From NCBI RefSeq assembly GCF_000341895.1, contig NC_020409.1, positions 630,001 to 662,000 of the forward strand: a stretch of DNA of 32,000 nucleotides. Direction: 5' to 3'. Below are positions 25,480-32,000 of this stretch, in pieces; the first letter of the stretch is position 1, and each line of letters starts with the position of its first letter. The DNA is from Pseudodesulfovibrio piezophilus C1TLV30. Lineage in GTDB: Bacteria > Desulfobacterota > Desulfovibrionia > Desulfovibrionales > Desulfovibrionaceae. A program made the translations under genes and the position numbers. The notes under the pieces were generated by a model that saw only the letters and a list, made by a program, of their open reading frames with translations, made no database searches and was not told where the DNA came from.

Positions 25480-25909
25480 CGCTTTTCACTTTGATCAGAA
25501 TTATTGCCCCTGATCAGGGCGACTCTTCTTGAGACCAATCAGATTTTTGCTTCAGGAAGAATCACTAGATCCCCATGACCGCTGAGCGGCATAACTTCCT
25601 TCAGTACTTGAACCGGGTACTGAGCCGTGGCTTTTTCCGCGCTGACACTAATGGTGTCTATGGGCAGCGCGCAAAAGGTTTCCCAAAAGCATCGTGCCCC
25701 CAGCTGTTGGATTCGGAAGCTTGGTTTCCGAGGTCATTTTTTCCGCATTTGAGTCGAATGCTCAATTAGGACGATGCGCAAAAATGTACCCAAAAAGCTA
25801 TTGCCCTTCTCGCGCCAGCAGCACGAGTTCAAAAGGTAATAAGGGAACTGTCAACAATCTGCCCCATCAGAACAACAAGTGTCAATGCAAAATCGCGCAA
25901 AAGAAGCGG

Positions 25910-25946
25910 CTAACGCCGCTTTAGTCTTCGACTAAAGCGGCGTTAG
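25910..25946. repeat. Perfect 17-bp inverted repeat with 3-nt spacer
   Basis: CTAACGCCGCTTTAGTC-TTC-GACTAAAGCGGCGTTAG. An alternative hairpin AGCGGC-TAAC-GCCGCT (25905-25920) competes for the left arm. Confidence 0.7.
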
Positions 25947-25974
25947 GCATTGATATTAGTAAAGTTACGATCTA

Positions 25975-26040
25975 CAGTTTACATATGAGGTGACATATAT
26001 TCTTTACATATCACTTTACAACATTGTATGATGTCACACT
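25975..26040. repeat. Iteron-like phased repeats upstream of ORF 26099
   Basis: ACATAT occurs at 25981, 25993 and 26006 (12-13 bp phasing, as TTTACATAT/GTGACATAT/TTTACATAT), and TTTACA again at 26014. The block is flanked by the inverted pair GTGACAT (25990) / ATGTCAC (26031). Confidence 0.4.
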
Positions 26041-26098
26041 ATGTCTAAATTACATTGAATCTTTCATTTAATAAACAAATCTCACAACAGGTCATACA

Positions 26099-26596
26099 AT
26101 GTCATATAGTACCATATCCACAATTAAGAGGTATACGGACACGACCCCCGAGCAACGAGAGGATTTGTTTCACTGGTTCGCAACAATGACAGAAGCCGAA
26201 CAGATTCACGTGCTCGAATTGCAGCGCGACCTGCTCCGAAGACTAGCAGGCCAACAGACGAACCCCTCCCCAATGATCGCCCTTGCGACTCTAGCCGAAG
26301 CCCTCTCAAAACGAGCTGCCACGCTAGATATTTTGACAAATAAATATTTTGAAGGTGACGAAACTCAAAATCTAAAAATTTTAACAAAAATACGTATCGA
26401 CGCTTTCACGAAAGGACGCCCAGAGGGAAAAAAAGAAAGACAGTATCGCATACAACTGCATGGACTCGTCCAAGAACTGAGAGACTCGAATCTGAGCTGG
26501 AGAAACTGTGCCACGTATTTAAAAAAGCACCACAGATATACAATCAGCCACCAACGCCTCATGCAGCTATTTAAAAAATACTCAAAGGAGGAATAA
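26099..26596 (+). CDS. Hypothetical protein with C-terminal HTH-like segment
   Basis: 165 aa. LSWRNCATYLKKHHRYTISHQRLMQLFKKY resembles a resolvase/Hin-type HTH. The SD is weak. Confidence 0.45.
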   Translation: MSYSTISTIKRYTDTTPEQREDLFHWFATMTEAEQIHVLELQRDLLRRLAGQQTNPSPMIALATLAEALSKRAATLDILTNKYFEGDETQNLKILTKIRIDAFTKGRPEGKKERQYRIQLHGLVQELRDSNLSWRNCATYLKKHHRYTISHQRLMQLFKKYSKEE

Positions 26597-26653
26597 AAGG
26601 GGAAAAGCAAAGCAAGTGAGAGTTCTGGCAAACTAAAAAACAATGGAGGAGAA

Positions 26654-26968
26654 ATGGCGAACAAATTTAAAACTGCAATGACCTTCGGCCTACCCATCGG
26701 CTTCATCGCTTTTGCAGTTCACAACGGAGGTACAGGCTTCCTCAACCTACTAAACTTTTTGGGTTCAGTATTCCATGGCAGCGAGTTTGCCAACTACATA
26801 GGCCTATCTTTCAGGCAGTTCGGCAAGGATGTCGCTATGTTTACAGGCCCGGCCACGCCAATAGAAATGCAAAGCCTACTCTTGGGAGTCGGTGTATTTT
26901 CCTTAACGACTGCGACAGTATTTTTAATACTGACCCGACATTATGTAGCAATCGCACAAAACAAGTAA
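26654..26968 (+). CDS. Small membrane protein (hypothetical)
   Basis: GGAGGAG SD. Hydrophobic segments FGLPIGFIAFAV and LLLGVGVFSLTTATVFLIL. Confidence 0.55.
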   Translation: MANKFKTAMTFGLPIGFIAFAVHNGGTGFLNLLNFLGSVFHGSEFANYIGLSFRQFGKDVAMFTGPATPIEMQSLLLGVGVFSLTTATVFLILTRHYVAIAQNK

Positions 26969-26993
26969 CGACAGGCAGTTAAGCCTATTTCCT

Positions 26994-27023
26994 AAAGGGC
27001 GGCGTTTATGGCCGTCCTTTTTT
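26994..27023 (+). terminator. Intrinsic terminator
   Basis: 10-bp stem AAAGGGCGGC/GCCGTCCTTT (one G-U pair) running into a T-run. Confidence 0.65.
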
Positions 27024-27165
27024 GATCCCAATTTGACTTTTAAGGATGACAACTTACAATTGATTGGCTCAGGTCTTGAGGTTTACCTCTTTATACTGAG
27101 CGTTATCCTCTTCCGAAAAGGGGATCTGAGAAGTACCACCTTTTTCATAAAGAAGGAGATCAAAA

Positions 27166-27276
27166 ATGGATAGCAACCTTACGCCCTACATTGTCATCTT
27201 TGTGGCCGGGGTCGCCGCTTTTGTTTTTGCTCTCTGGTACGACCACAAAAACAAGCCAAATGGAAATCATAAATAA
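27166..27276 (+). CDS. Small single-TM peptide, 36 aa (not in ORF track)
   Basis: AAGGAGA SD 6 nt before the ATG. Sequence: MDSNLTPYIVIFVAGVAAFVFALWYDHKNKPNGNHK. Confidence 0.5.
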   Translation: MDSNLTPYIVIFVAGVAAFVFALWYDHKNKPNGNHK

Positions 27277-27466
27277 AGTAACATCTGCCCCTATCCCCAC
27301 AGAAGTGGCTATCTATAAGCTCAAATCAAGCAGCGAATTTGGCTACGCCATGTTGGAGTTTTCTCATGAATTCGTAGAAATCTTCTTCAACGAGATAAAC
27401 AAATACATTACTGAATTTTTGATACTAACCAGAAAAAGAAATGCGTTGGCTCAAACACACGGATAA
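27260..27466 (+). CDS. Hypothetical 68-aa protein
   Basis: An internal ATG of the track ORF 27191-27466 (which itself uses TTG). It overlaps the end of the 36-aa peptide gene by 17 nt. No own SD and no motif. Confidence 0.3.
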   Translation: MEIINKVTSAPIPTEVAIYKLKSSSEFGYAMLEFSHEFVEIFFNEINKYITEFLILTRKRNALAQTHG

Positions 27467-27468
27467 AA

Positions 27469-27494
27469 GAAAGCCCGGCTCAAACCGGGCTTTC
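27469..27494. terminator. Intrinsic terminator, best on minus strand
   Basis: 10-bp stem GAAAGCCCGG/CCGGGCTTTC with a 6-nt loop. On the minus strand it is followed by TTTTAT. Confidence 0.65.
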
Positions 27495-27510
27495 TCATTG
27501 TCTTCAGGAG

Positions 27511-27609
27511 CTATTTTTTCTGTTTTGATTGGTACCAAAGCCCATAGAGAAAAACAACGCCAAGCATGGCAAAACCAATCAGGTACTTGATAGTGCTATC
27601 TTCCATCAT
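27511..27609 (-). CDS. Small single-TM peptide, 32 aa (not in ORF track)
   Basis: GAGGAGAG SD. Sequence: MMEDSTIKYLIGFAMLGVVFLYGLWYQSKQKK. A terminator follows directly downstream. Confidence 0.55.
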   Translation of the reverse strand: MMEDSTIKYLIGFAMLGVVFLYGLWYQSKQKK

Positions 27610-27632
27610 TTTCTCTCCTCAGCCGGATTGGC

Positions 27633-27761
27633 TCACTCCGGGCTTTTATTGTTGTCTTCAGATTTATTCTTTTTGGGTGGTTTATACCAAAAATAACCGT
27701 ACAAAAAAACACCAATGCATGTCGCAAAACCAATCAGCGCATTTATCTGAGTACTTTTCAT
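27633..27761 (-). CDS. Small single-TM peptide, 42 aa (not in ORF track), paralogue of 27511-27609
   Basis: GGGGAA SD. Sequence: MKSTQINALIGFATCIGVFLYGYFWYKPPKKNKSEDNNKSPE. It shares ST-x-I-x-x-LIGFA-x4-VFLYG-x1-2-WY with the neighbouring peptide. Confidence 0.55.
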   Translation of the reverse strand: MKSTQINALIGFATCIGVFLYGYFWYKPPKKNKSEDNNKSPE

Positions 27762-27876
27762 TTCAGTTCCCCTTCAACACCACAGATTTACTTCATTGGT
27801 TCGCACCAAGCTGGACCGGCTCAGACCGGCCTAGTCCAATGCCGCGAACTAGCGAGAATTGTTAAGGGCATTCCTG

Positions 27877-28254
27877 CTACTTAACAGGCGTTGCCGTTAT
27901 GCTTTTACCCTGAGCGGCCAGCTCATCGAGCGCCCATTCAATAAGAAGAGCGCAAACCTGGCCTCTAGGTCCGACAGTTTTCTTCTCAAGCTTGTTCCGG
28001 ATCTCTGCTGAGATTGGCACATTTACGGACGTCCTCGGCTTTGGGCCTTGGCCATACATCAAAACCAATGGCCCCCGCTTGCCCAGGCGTTCTCCGACCT
28101 CCACCTCCAAACGTTTGACAGGCTTCTTTCCTCTCGCCCCTGGGCGACTTTGCTTCGTACTGCTTTTCCTCTTTTCTTCCTCTTCTTTGAGGACTTCCAT
28201 GTCGGTTGCTTCGTCTTTATCTAATTCATTCATCCAATCGTCATTATTAGACAT
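27877..28254 (-). CDS. Partition partner protein, ribbon-helix-helix type (ParG-like) with acidic/basic N-terminal tail
   Basis: It lies immediately downstream of parA. The C-terminus RTSVNVPISAEIRNKLEKK...ALLIEWALDEL fits a strand-helix-helix pattern. The start could be the ATG at 28254 or the GTG at 28266. Confidence 0.5.
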   Translation of the reverse strand: MSNNDDWMNELDKDEATDMEVLKEEEEKRKSSTKQSRPGARGKKPVKRLEVEVGERLGKRGPLVLMYGQGPKPRTSVNVPISAEIRNKLEKKTVGPRGQVCALLIEWALDELAAQGKSITATPVK

Positions 28255-28298
28255 TATGCAGCACACTCCGCTAATGTGAGTAAAGTTGAAATCTTTAT

Positions 28299-28862
28299 CT
28301 ATTTTTTTAGAACATTTTGAATCTCTTGTCGCGCATCTTGTACTGCATAGGCACTATTCAACTCAACATCAAAGATGGTCCTTCCTTGATCCATTGCCAC
28401 CCGATAAACAGTTCTGCTCTTCACGATCTTAGGCTCTGCAAAGAGCTTCATTTTGACAGCCCGCTGCATGGTCTGCCTTTCAACCCTGTGCTGTCTCTTC
28501 ACATCATTGAATACGACAACGACTTTCACTCCCGAAGCCACGAGACTACGCAAAGCTTTGACTCCGGCTTGCATGTCAGGACGGGATGGACGCATAGGGA
28601 AAACTACGGCCTGTGAAGTGGGAACCTCTGAAAACCCTGGAGGATGATCCACTATTACGACATCAAAACCATTGCGTGGGATTTTATCAGTCACCTCGAA
28701 CGGAAGGTTCCCATCGGCGGCAATCGCAAGAGCGGTTCCCTGAGGATCAAGGTCTGCCAAAACCACACTCTTTCCTTTAGCCTGAACTGCGGCTGAAAGG
28801 TTCAAAGCCAGGGTAGATTTCCCAACCCCTCCTTTTGGATTCCATACTGATATTGTAAGCAC
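28299..28862 (-). CDS. parA: ParA-family partition ATPase (small, type Ib-like)
   Basis: Deviant Walker A NPKGGVGKST, plus DLDPQG and VVIVDHPP. GTG start with an AGGAGG SD. Confidence 0.8.
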   Translation of the reverse strand: MLTISVWNPKGGVGKSTLALNLSAAVQAKGKSVVLADLDPQGTALAIAADGNLPFEVTDKIPRNGFDVVIVDHPPGFSEVPTSQAVVFPMRPSRPDMQAGVKALRSLVASGVKVVVVFNDVKRQHRVERQTMQRAVKMKLFAEPKIVKSRTVYRVAMDQGRTIFDVELNSAYAVQDARQEIQNVLKK

Positions 28863-28900
28863 TTAACCTCCTAGAAAAGACTTCCTTTTTTCATCATAAG

Positions 28901-28946
28901 ACTATATAGTTGTTAAAAGATGTAAACTTTATACAACTTATAGTCA
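28901..28946. promoter_or_regulatory. Inverted repeat upstream of parA (candidate operator / centromere-like site)
   Basis: GACTATATAGTTGT ... ACAACTTATAGTC, 13/14-nt arms with one indel and a 19-nt spacer, 40-85 nt upstream of the parA start. Confidence 0.35.
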
Positions 28947-29075
28947 ATTTGTCAGTGTGGATATTTAAAAACCCCTTCGCAAGAAGGTTTAAGGCAAGGC
29001 CACAAAAACGGCCTGACAGAGTTCCTACCACCCTGCCAGGCCTAAACCTAAAACCCCTCAAGGAGGCTTTCGGAA

Positions 29076-29411
29076 ATGCATCCCGAATTGCAAAATTTTG
29101 ATTACCAATTACGCACTATCGTGCGTGCTGTCGAGTCTGGCGCCGTGTTGCCCGTTGGAAACCGCCGCCTGTTCATGCCGGAGCCAGGACAATTTGCTAA
29201 CCTGATACAGCTCCCCAATGGCGAAAGCCGCTACGTCCCTCTCCAGGACATGACTATGAGCAGCTTCTTCGACGAACTGGACAACCTCCCAGAGGCCAGC
29301 CTGTTCACTGTCGTGGATCGTTCTCTAACGTTCCTCGTGGCTACCGCAGATCCGGACGAATTGGACGACATAGCACAAGACACGCGTCTCCCTGAAGGGG
29401 GCACTCCATAG
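29076..29411 (+). CDS. Hypothetical protein whose 3' end runs into the transposon inverted repeat (probably truncated by insertion)
   Basis: AAGGAGG SD and noticeably GC-richer coding sequence. The last 5 codons and the stop (29397-29411) lie inside the 38-bp IR. Confidence 0.5.
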   Translation: MHPELQNFDYQLRTIVRAVESGAVLPVGNRRLFMPEPGQFANLIQLPNGESRYVPLQDMTMSSFFDELDNLPEASLFTVVDRSLTFLVATADPDELDDIAQDTRLPEGGTP

Positions 29412-29434
29412 AGCGGACAAAGTTGCACGTTAAG
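29397..29434. repeat. Tn3-family 38-bp terminal inverted repeat
   Basis: GGGGGCACTCCATAGAGCGGACAAAGTTGCACGTTAAG. It has the GGGG outer end and the ACGTTAAG inner end seen in Tn3 (GGGGTCTGACGCTCAGTGGAACGAAAACTCACGTTAAG). The tnpA stop codon is embedded in TTAAG. Confidence 0.8.
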
Positions 29435-32000
29435 GCGTTTGGCCAAGATTCCAGATATAATCTCCTGTGAGATTGATGTGCTCCCATCCAAGCGGAGAAA
29501 GGTAGCTCTGAAACTCCTCCGGAACATCCATTTCCTCTCGTACTTTTTTCACGGCCTTTTCCAGATAGACCGTGTTCCAGAGGATTATCGTAGCTACGAC
29601 AAGGTTTAGACCAGAAGTCCTATAGCACTGGCTTTCAAAAGAACGATCTCGGACTTCTCCGAGTCGATTGAAAAACACTGCACGAGCAAGTGCGTTTCTG
29701 GACTCCCCTTTGTTCAGACCGGCTTGAACACGAGAACGGAGTTCTGGCTTTTTGACCCAATCCAATAGGAAAAGAGTCCTTTCCAAACGCCCAAGCTCGC
29801 GTATGGCCAAAGCCAATTTGTTTTGCCGTGGATAGGAGGCCAACTTACGAATTATGAGGGATGCCGTAACGGTTCCCAATCGAATTGAGCTTGCCAGCCT
29901 CAATATCTCTTCCCATTGGTTCTCAATGTCCTTTTGCTTGATCTTTGATCCTATCAACGGCTCCAGGTCAGCCCAGCGTTTTGCGCTGCCAAAGGTGTAT
30001 AGTTTTACGTCACCTATGTTGCGAATTCGGGGAGCAAAACGAAATCCGAGCAAATGGCAAAGAGCAAACACATGGTCCGTAAAACCTGCGGTGTCAGTGT
30101 AGTGTTCTTCAATATTGAGATTGCTTTCATGGTAAAGCAAGCCGTCCAGGACATAGGTTGCATCGCGTGCTGTTGCGTTGATGAGCTGGCTGTGAAATGG
30201 GGTGTATTGATCCGAGATGTGGGTGTAGAAAATCACACCGGGATCTCGCCCATATCGGGCATTTACATCTCCGAGGCCTCGACCAACACTGCCAAGAGGA
30301 AAGTGCTGCCCGTCTGAAGACGAGGTGGAGCCATCGCCCCACTGTCCTGCAAGTGGAATTATGTGGTGGTAATTGGTTATCTCAGCCAACCCTCTGGAAT
30401 AGCATTCGCTTCTGACATACCAATCCGAAACCCAAGACAACTGTTTATACGAGGCCCCGGAACTAGCCTCTGCCATCCTTGTCAGTCCAAGATTAATCCC
30501 ATCTGAGAGAATCACTGACAAAAGAGATTCCTTGTCTTGAGATGGTTGGCCAGTTCTCAAATGAGTGAATTGTTCGGTGAAACCTGTCCATTGATCTACT
30601 TCAATGAGGAGATCGGTAATTTTAATGCGAGGAAGCTCTGCATATACGCGCCGGCTGAATTGCTTGGCTTCATCGGGAACAGAGTTACCCCTATATGGTT
30701 GCATTGAAAGCCTACCATTCTTGAGACAAACCGTATCCAAATCATTGCTTCTGAGAAGCCTTTGGAATTCTTCCAACTGACTTTCAAGGAGTTCTTTCCG
30801 CTCTGAGATGTATCTTGTGCAATCCGTTTCGACCGCTACAGGTATTTCACGAGACTCCTGAAGCTGACGAAAAGCGGAAGGGCCCATGAGGTATTCGTTG
30901 AAATCTTCGAATTGACGGCTGCCTGGTACCCATACATCGCCAGAACGGAGTCGGTTACGGAGTTCGCTTAAAGCGCACAGTTCATAGTACCTACGGTTCA
31001 GGCCATCAGTTTCGAAAATAAATGGTTGCCAGCGTTTTGGGATAAATGAAGTAGGAACTTGGTCGGGCAATTTGCGTTTGCCCGTTTTGTTCATGTCACG
31101 GATGATATCAATAGCTGTAAGAACATCCCGTCCACCAGAGCTTGCACGGAAGTCAAAATGCTCCAACATGGTTGGAGCATACCGCCGAATCTGATTGAAA
31201 CTCGTGTCAACATAATGGAGATAATCGAACCGCTGAGGTTGAGACAGGTTTTCAGCAGCTTCAACCGTTGCACGAAAATCATCCCAGGACAGTTCAGCCT
31301 CGATTAGCTCCCAAGGGTCTAAATGCTCCTCACGCGCTTTGATTAAGGCTTGGCCAAGCTTTGAGAAAACGTTGACGGTTGTTTTGATGTTCTTTGCATC
31401 ATCTTGTAGCTGAGTAGCCTGTTTTCGTTGGCTACGCCGCATTAGGGAGCCAATGATGCGGTCATGCATGTTGACGACCTCATCCATTAAGGAGCGTTGA
31501 ATTTCAAGCAAGCATACGGTCATGATCGTATACCGTCTTTGTTCATTCAACATTCGCAGATTATGCACAGCAATTCGATTACCTTCTTGGGCAAGTTGCT
31601 TGCGGCGAATTGTCGGTACTGCGTCCAAGACCTCGGAAGGAAGACCAAGCAACCGGATAGCGGCCAACTTTTCCATTATCAAAATCACATTTATAGGAGA
31701 AGGACGGCCAGCAGGTTGACGAATCCATGAAAGTCTACTCTGTGATTTCTCGCCTCGTGGATTAAGCCAAAATTTAAGATCAGCCTGGTGCCTGTCGGAC
31801 AACAGGCCGGTCACTTCATTGTAGACTCTGCGATCTGCTTGGATCTTCACCTGGGCAACGAGGCGTTCCACAACTGTCAAAGCAGGATGCAGAATTTTGC
31901 GACGTCTCAATTCATTTAGGGTTGCACCTACAAGGAAAGTACTCTTTGGATTGTCTACAGCAATTGGCGTCAGCCAGCGCACCATCTCTTGATAGTGACT
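29430..32000 (-). CDS. tnpA: Tn3-family transposase (N-terminal ~140 aa beyond window)
   Basis: More than 851 aa. The frame stays open upstream of the track's Met to the window edge. Typical Tn3 TnpA length and C-terminal DDE region (YTDTAGFTDHVFALCHLLGFRFAPRIRN), ending in the IR. Confidence 0.85.
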   Translation of the reverse strand, partial: SHYQEMVRWLTPIAVDNPKSTFLVGATLNELRRRKILHPALTVVERLVAQVKIQADRRVYNEVTGLLSDRHQADLKFWLNPRGEKSQSRLSWIRQPAGRPSPINVILIMEKLAAIRLLGLPSEVLDAVPTIRRKQLAQEGNRIAVHNLRMLNEQRRYTIMTVCLLEIQRSLMDEVVNMHDRIIGSLMRRSQRKQATQLQDDAKNIKTTVNVFSKLGQALIKAREEHLDPWELIEAELSWDDFRATVEAAENLSQPQRFDYLHYVDTSFNQIRRYAPTMLEHFDFRASSGGRDVLTAIDIIRDMNKTGKRKLPDQVPTSFIPKRWQPFIFETDGLNRRYYELCALSELRNRLRSGDVWVPGSRQFEDFNEYLMGPSAFRQLQESREIPVAVETDCTRYISERKELLESQLEEFQRLLRSNDLDTVCLKNGRLSMQPYRGNSVPDEAKQFSRRVYAELPRIKITDLLIEVDQWTGFTEQFTHLRTGQPSQDKESLLSVILSDGINLGLTRMAEASSGASYKQLSWVSDWYVRSECYSRGLAEITNYHHIIPLAGQWGDGSTSSSDGQHFPLGSVGRGLGDVNARYGRDPGVIFYTHISDQYTPFHSQLINATARDATYVLDGLLYHESNLNIEEHYTDTAGFTDHVFALCHLLGFRFAPRIRNIGDVKLYTFGSAKRWADLEPLIGSKIKQKDIENQWEEILRLASSIRLGTVTASLIIRKLASYPRQNKLALAIRELGRLERTLFLLDWVKKPELRSRVQAGLNKGESRNALARAVFFNRLGEVRDRSFESQCYRTSGLNLVVATIILWNTVYLEKAVKKVREEMDVPEEFQSYLSPLGWEHINLTGDYIWNLGQTP

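Larger units (their letters stand above)
18938..32000. mobile_element. Integrated mobile/accessory region (genomic island or integrated plasmid-like element; right end outside window)
   Basis: It begins at the tRNA 3' remnant and is visibly more AT-rich than 1-18.9 kb. It contains a tyrosine recombinase, a ParA/RHH partition pair, a Tn3-family end, many orphan genes and a second tRNA-like fragment. Confidence 0.55.

Noticed and set aside
25575-25924. Plus-strand ORFs of 64 and 76 aa in the recombinase-proximal noncoding region
   Set aside because: They have no SD and no motif, the frames overlap each other, and the composition is odd. The region was treated as regulatory or structural DNA.
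27566-27865. 99-aa plus-strand ORF
   Set aside because: It is antisense to two SD-preceded, mutually paralogous small peptide genes followed by a terminator. Its own product has no SD or motif.
29231-29527. 98-aa minus-strand ORF crossing the Tn3 inverted repeat
   Set aside because: It overlaps the tnpA 3' end and lies antisense to the SD-bearing ORF 29076-29411. It spans the transposon boundary, so it cannot be an ancestral gene.
1-32000. CRISPR arrays, rRNA genes, intact tRNA genes, large tandem repeats
   Set aside because: Reading both strands, I saw no regularly spaced 25-40-bp direct repeats, no rRNA-like segments and no complete cloverleaf.
31971-32000. Mismatch between the printed sequence and the ORF track at the last line (the printed text has 21 nt and would translate MVAL..., while the track says MVRW...)
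   Set aside because: It looks like a one-character display duplication (an extra c at the line break), not biology. The ORF-track coordinates were used for tnpA.

Overview
The window looks like a sulfate-reducer chromosome (Desulfovibrionaceae-like; this is an inference from the qrcABCD-type respiratory operon). It splits into two parts.

(1) About 1-18.9 kb is core genome:
- the tail of an amino-acid ABC substrate-binding gene plus a fused double permease;
- a four-subunit 2-oxoacid:ferredoxin oxidoreductase operon (delta-alpha-beta-gamma, minus strand);
- a minus-strand operon of ABC ATPase, substrate-binding protein, two permeases, a frameshifted deoC and cbiC;
- qrcABCD;
- rmlC-manC, cvpA and mazG.

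(2) From about 18.94 kb to the window end is visibly more AT-rich, mosaic, mobile-looking DNA. It starts at a displaced tRNA-Ser-like 3' end that still carries its own terminator. It contains:
- a second tRNA-like fragment;
- a convergent four-gene cassette of PP2C phosphatase plus Cas4/RecB-like PD-(D/E)xK protein facing a minimal Hanks kinase plus an unrecognisable 389-aa protein;
- three further unknown genes and a tyrosine recombinase;
- a repeat-rich noncoding region;
- a family of three unannotated small single-TM peptides;
- a ParA/RHH partition pair;
- the 38-bp terminal inverted repeat and tnpA of a Tn3-family transposon that runs off the window.

The kinase/phosphatase/nuclease cassette is my best candidate for an undescribed conflict (defence or addiction) system. 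All calls rest on motif reading by eye; no database search was run.
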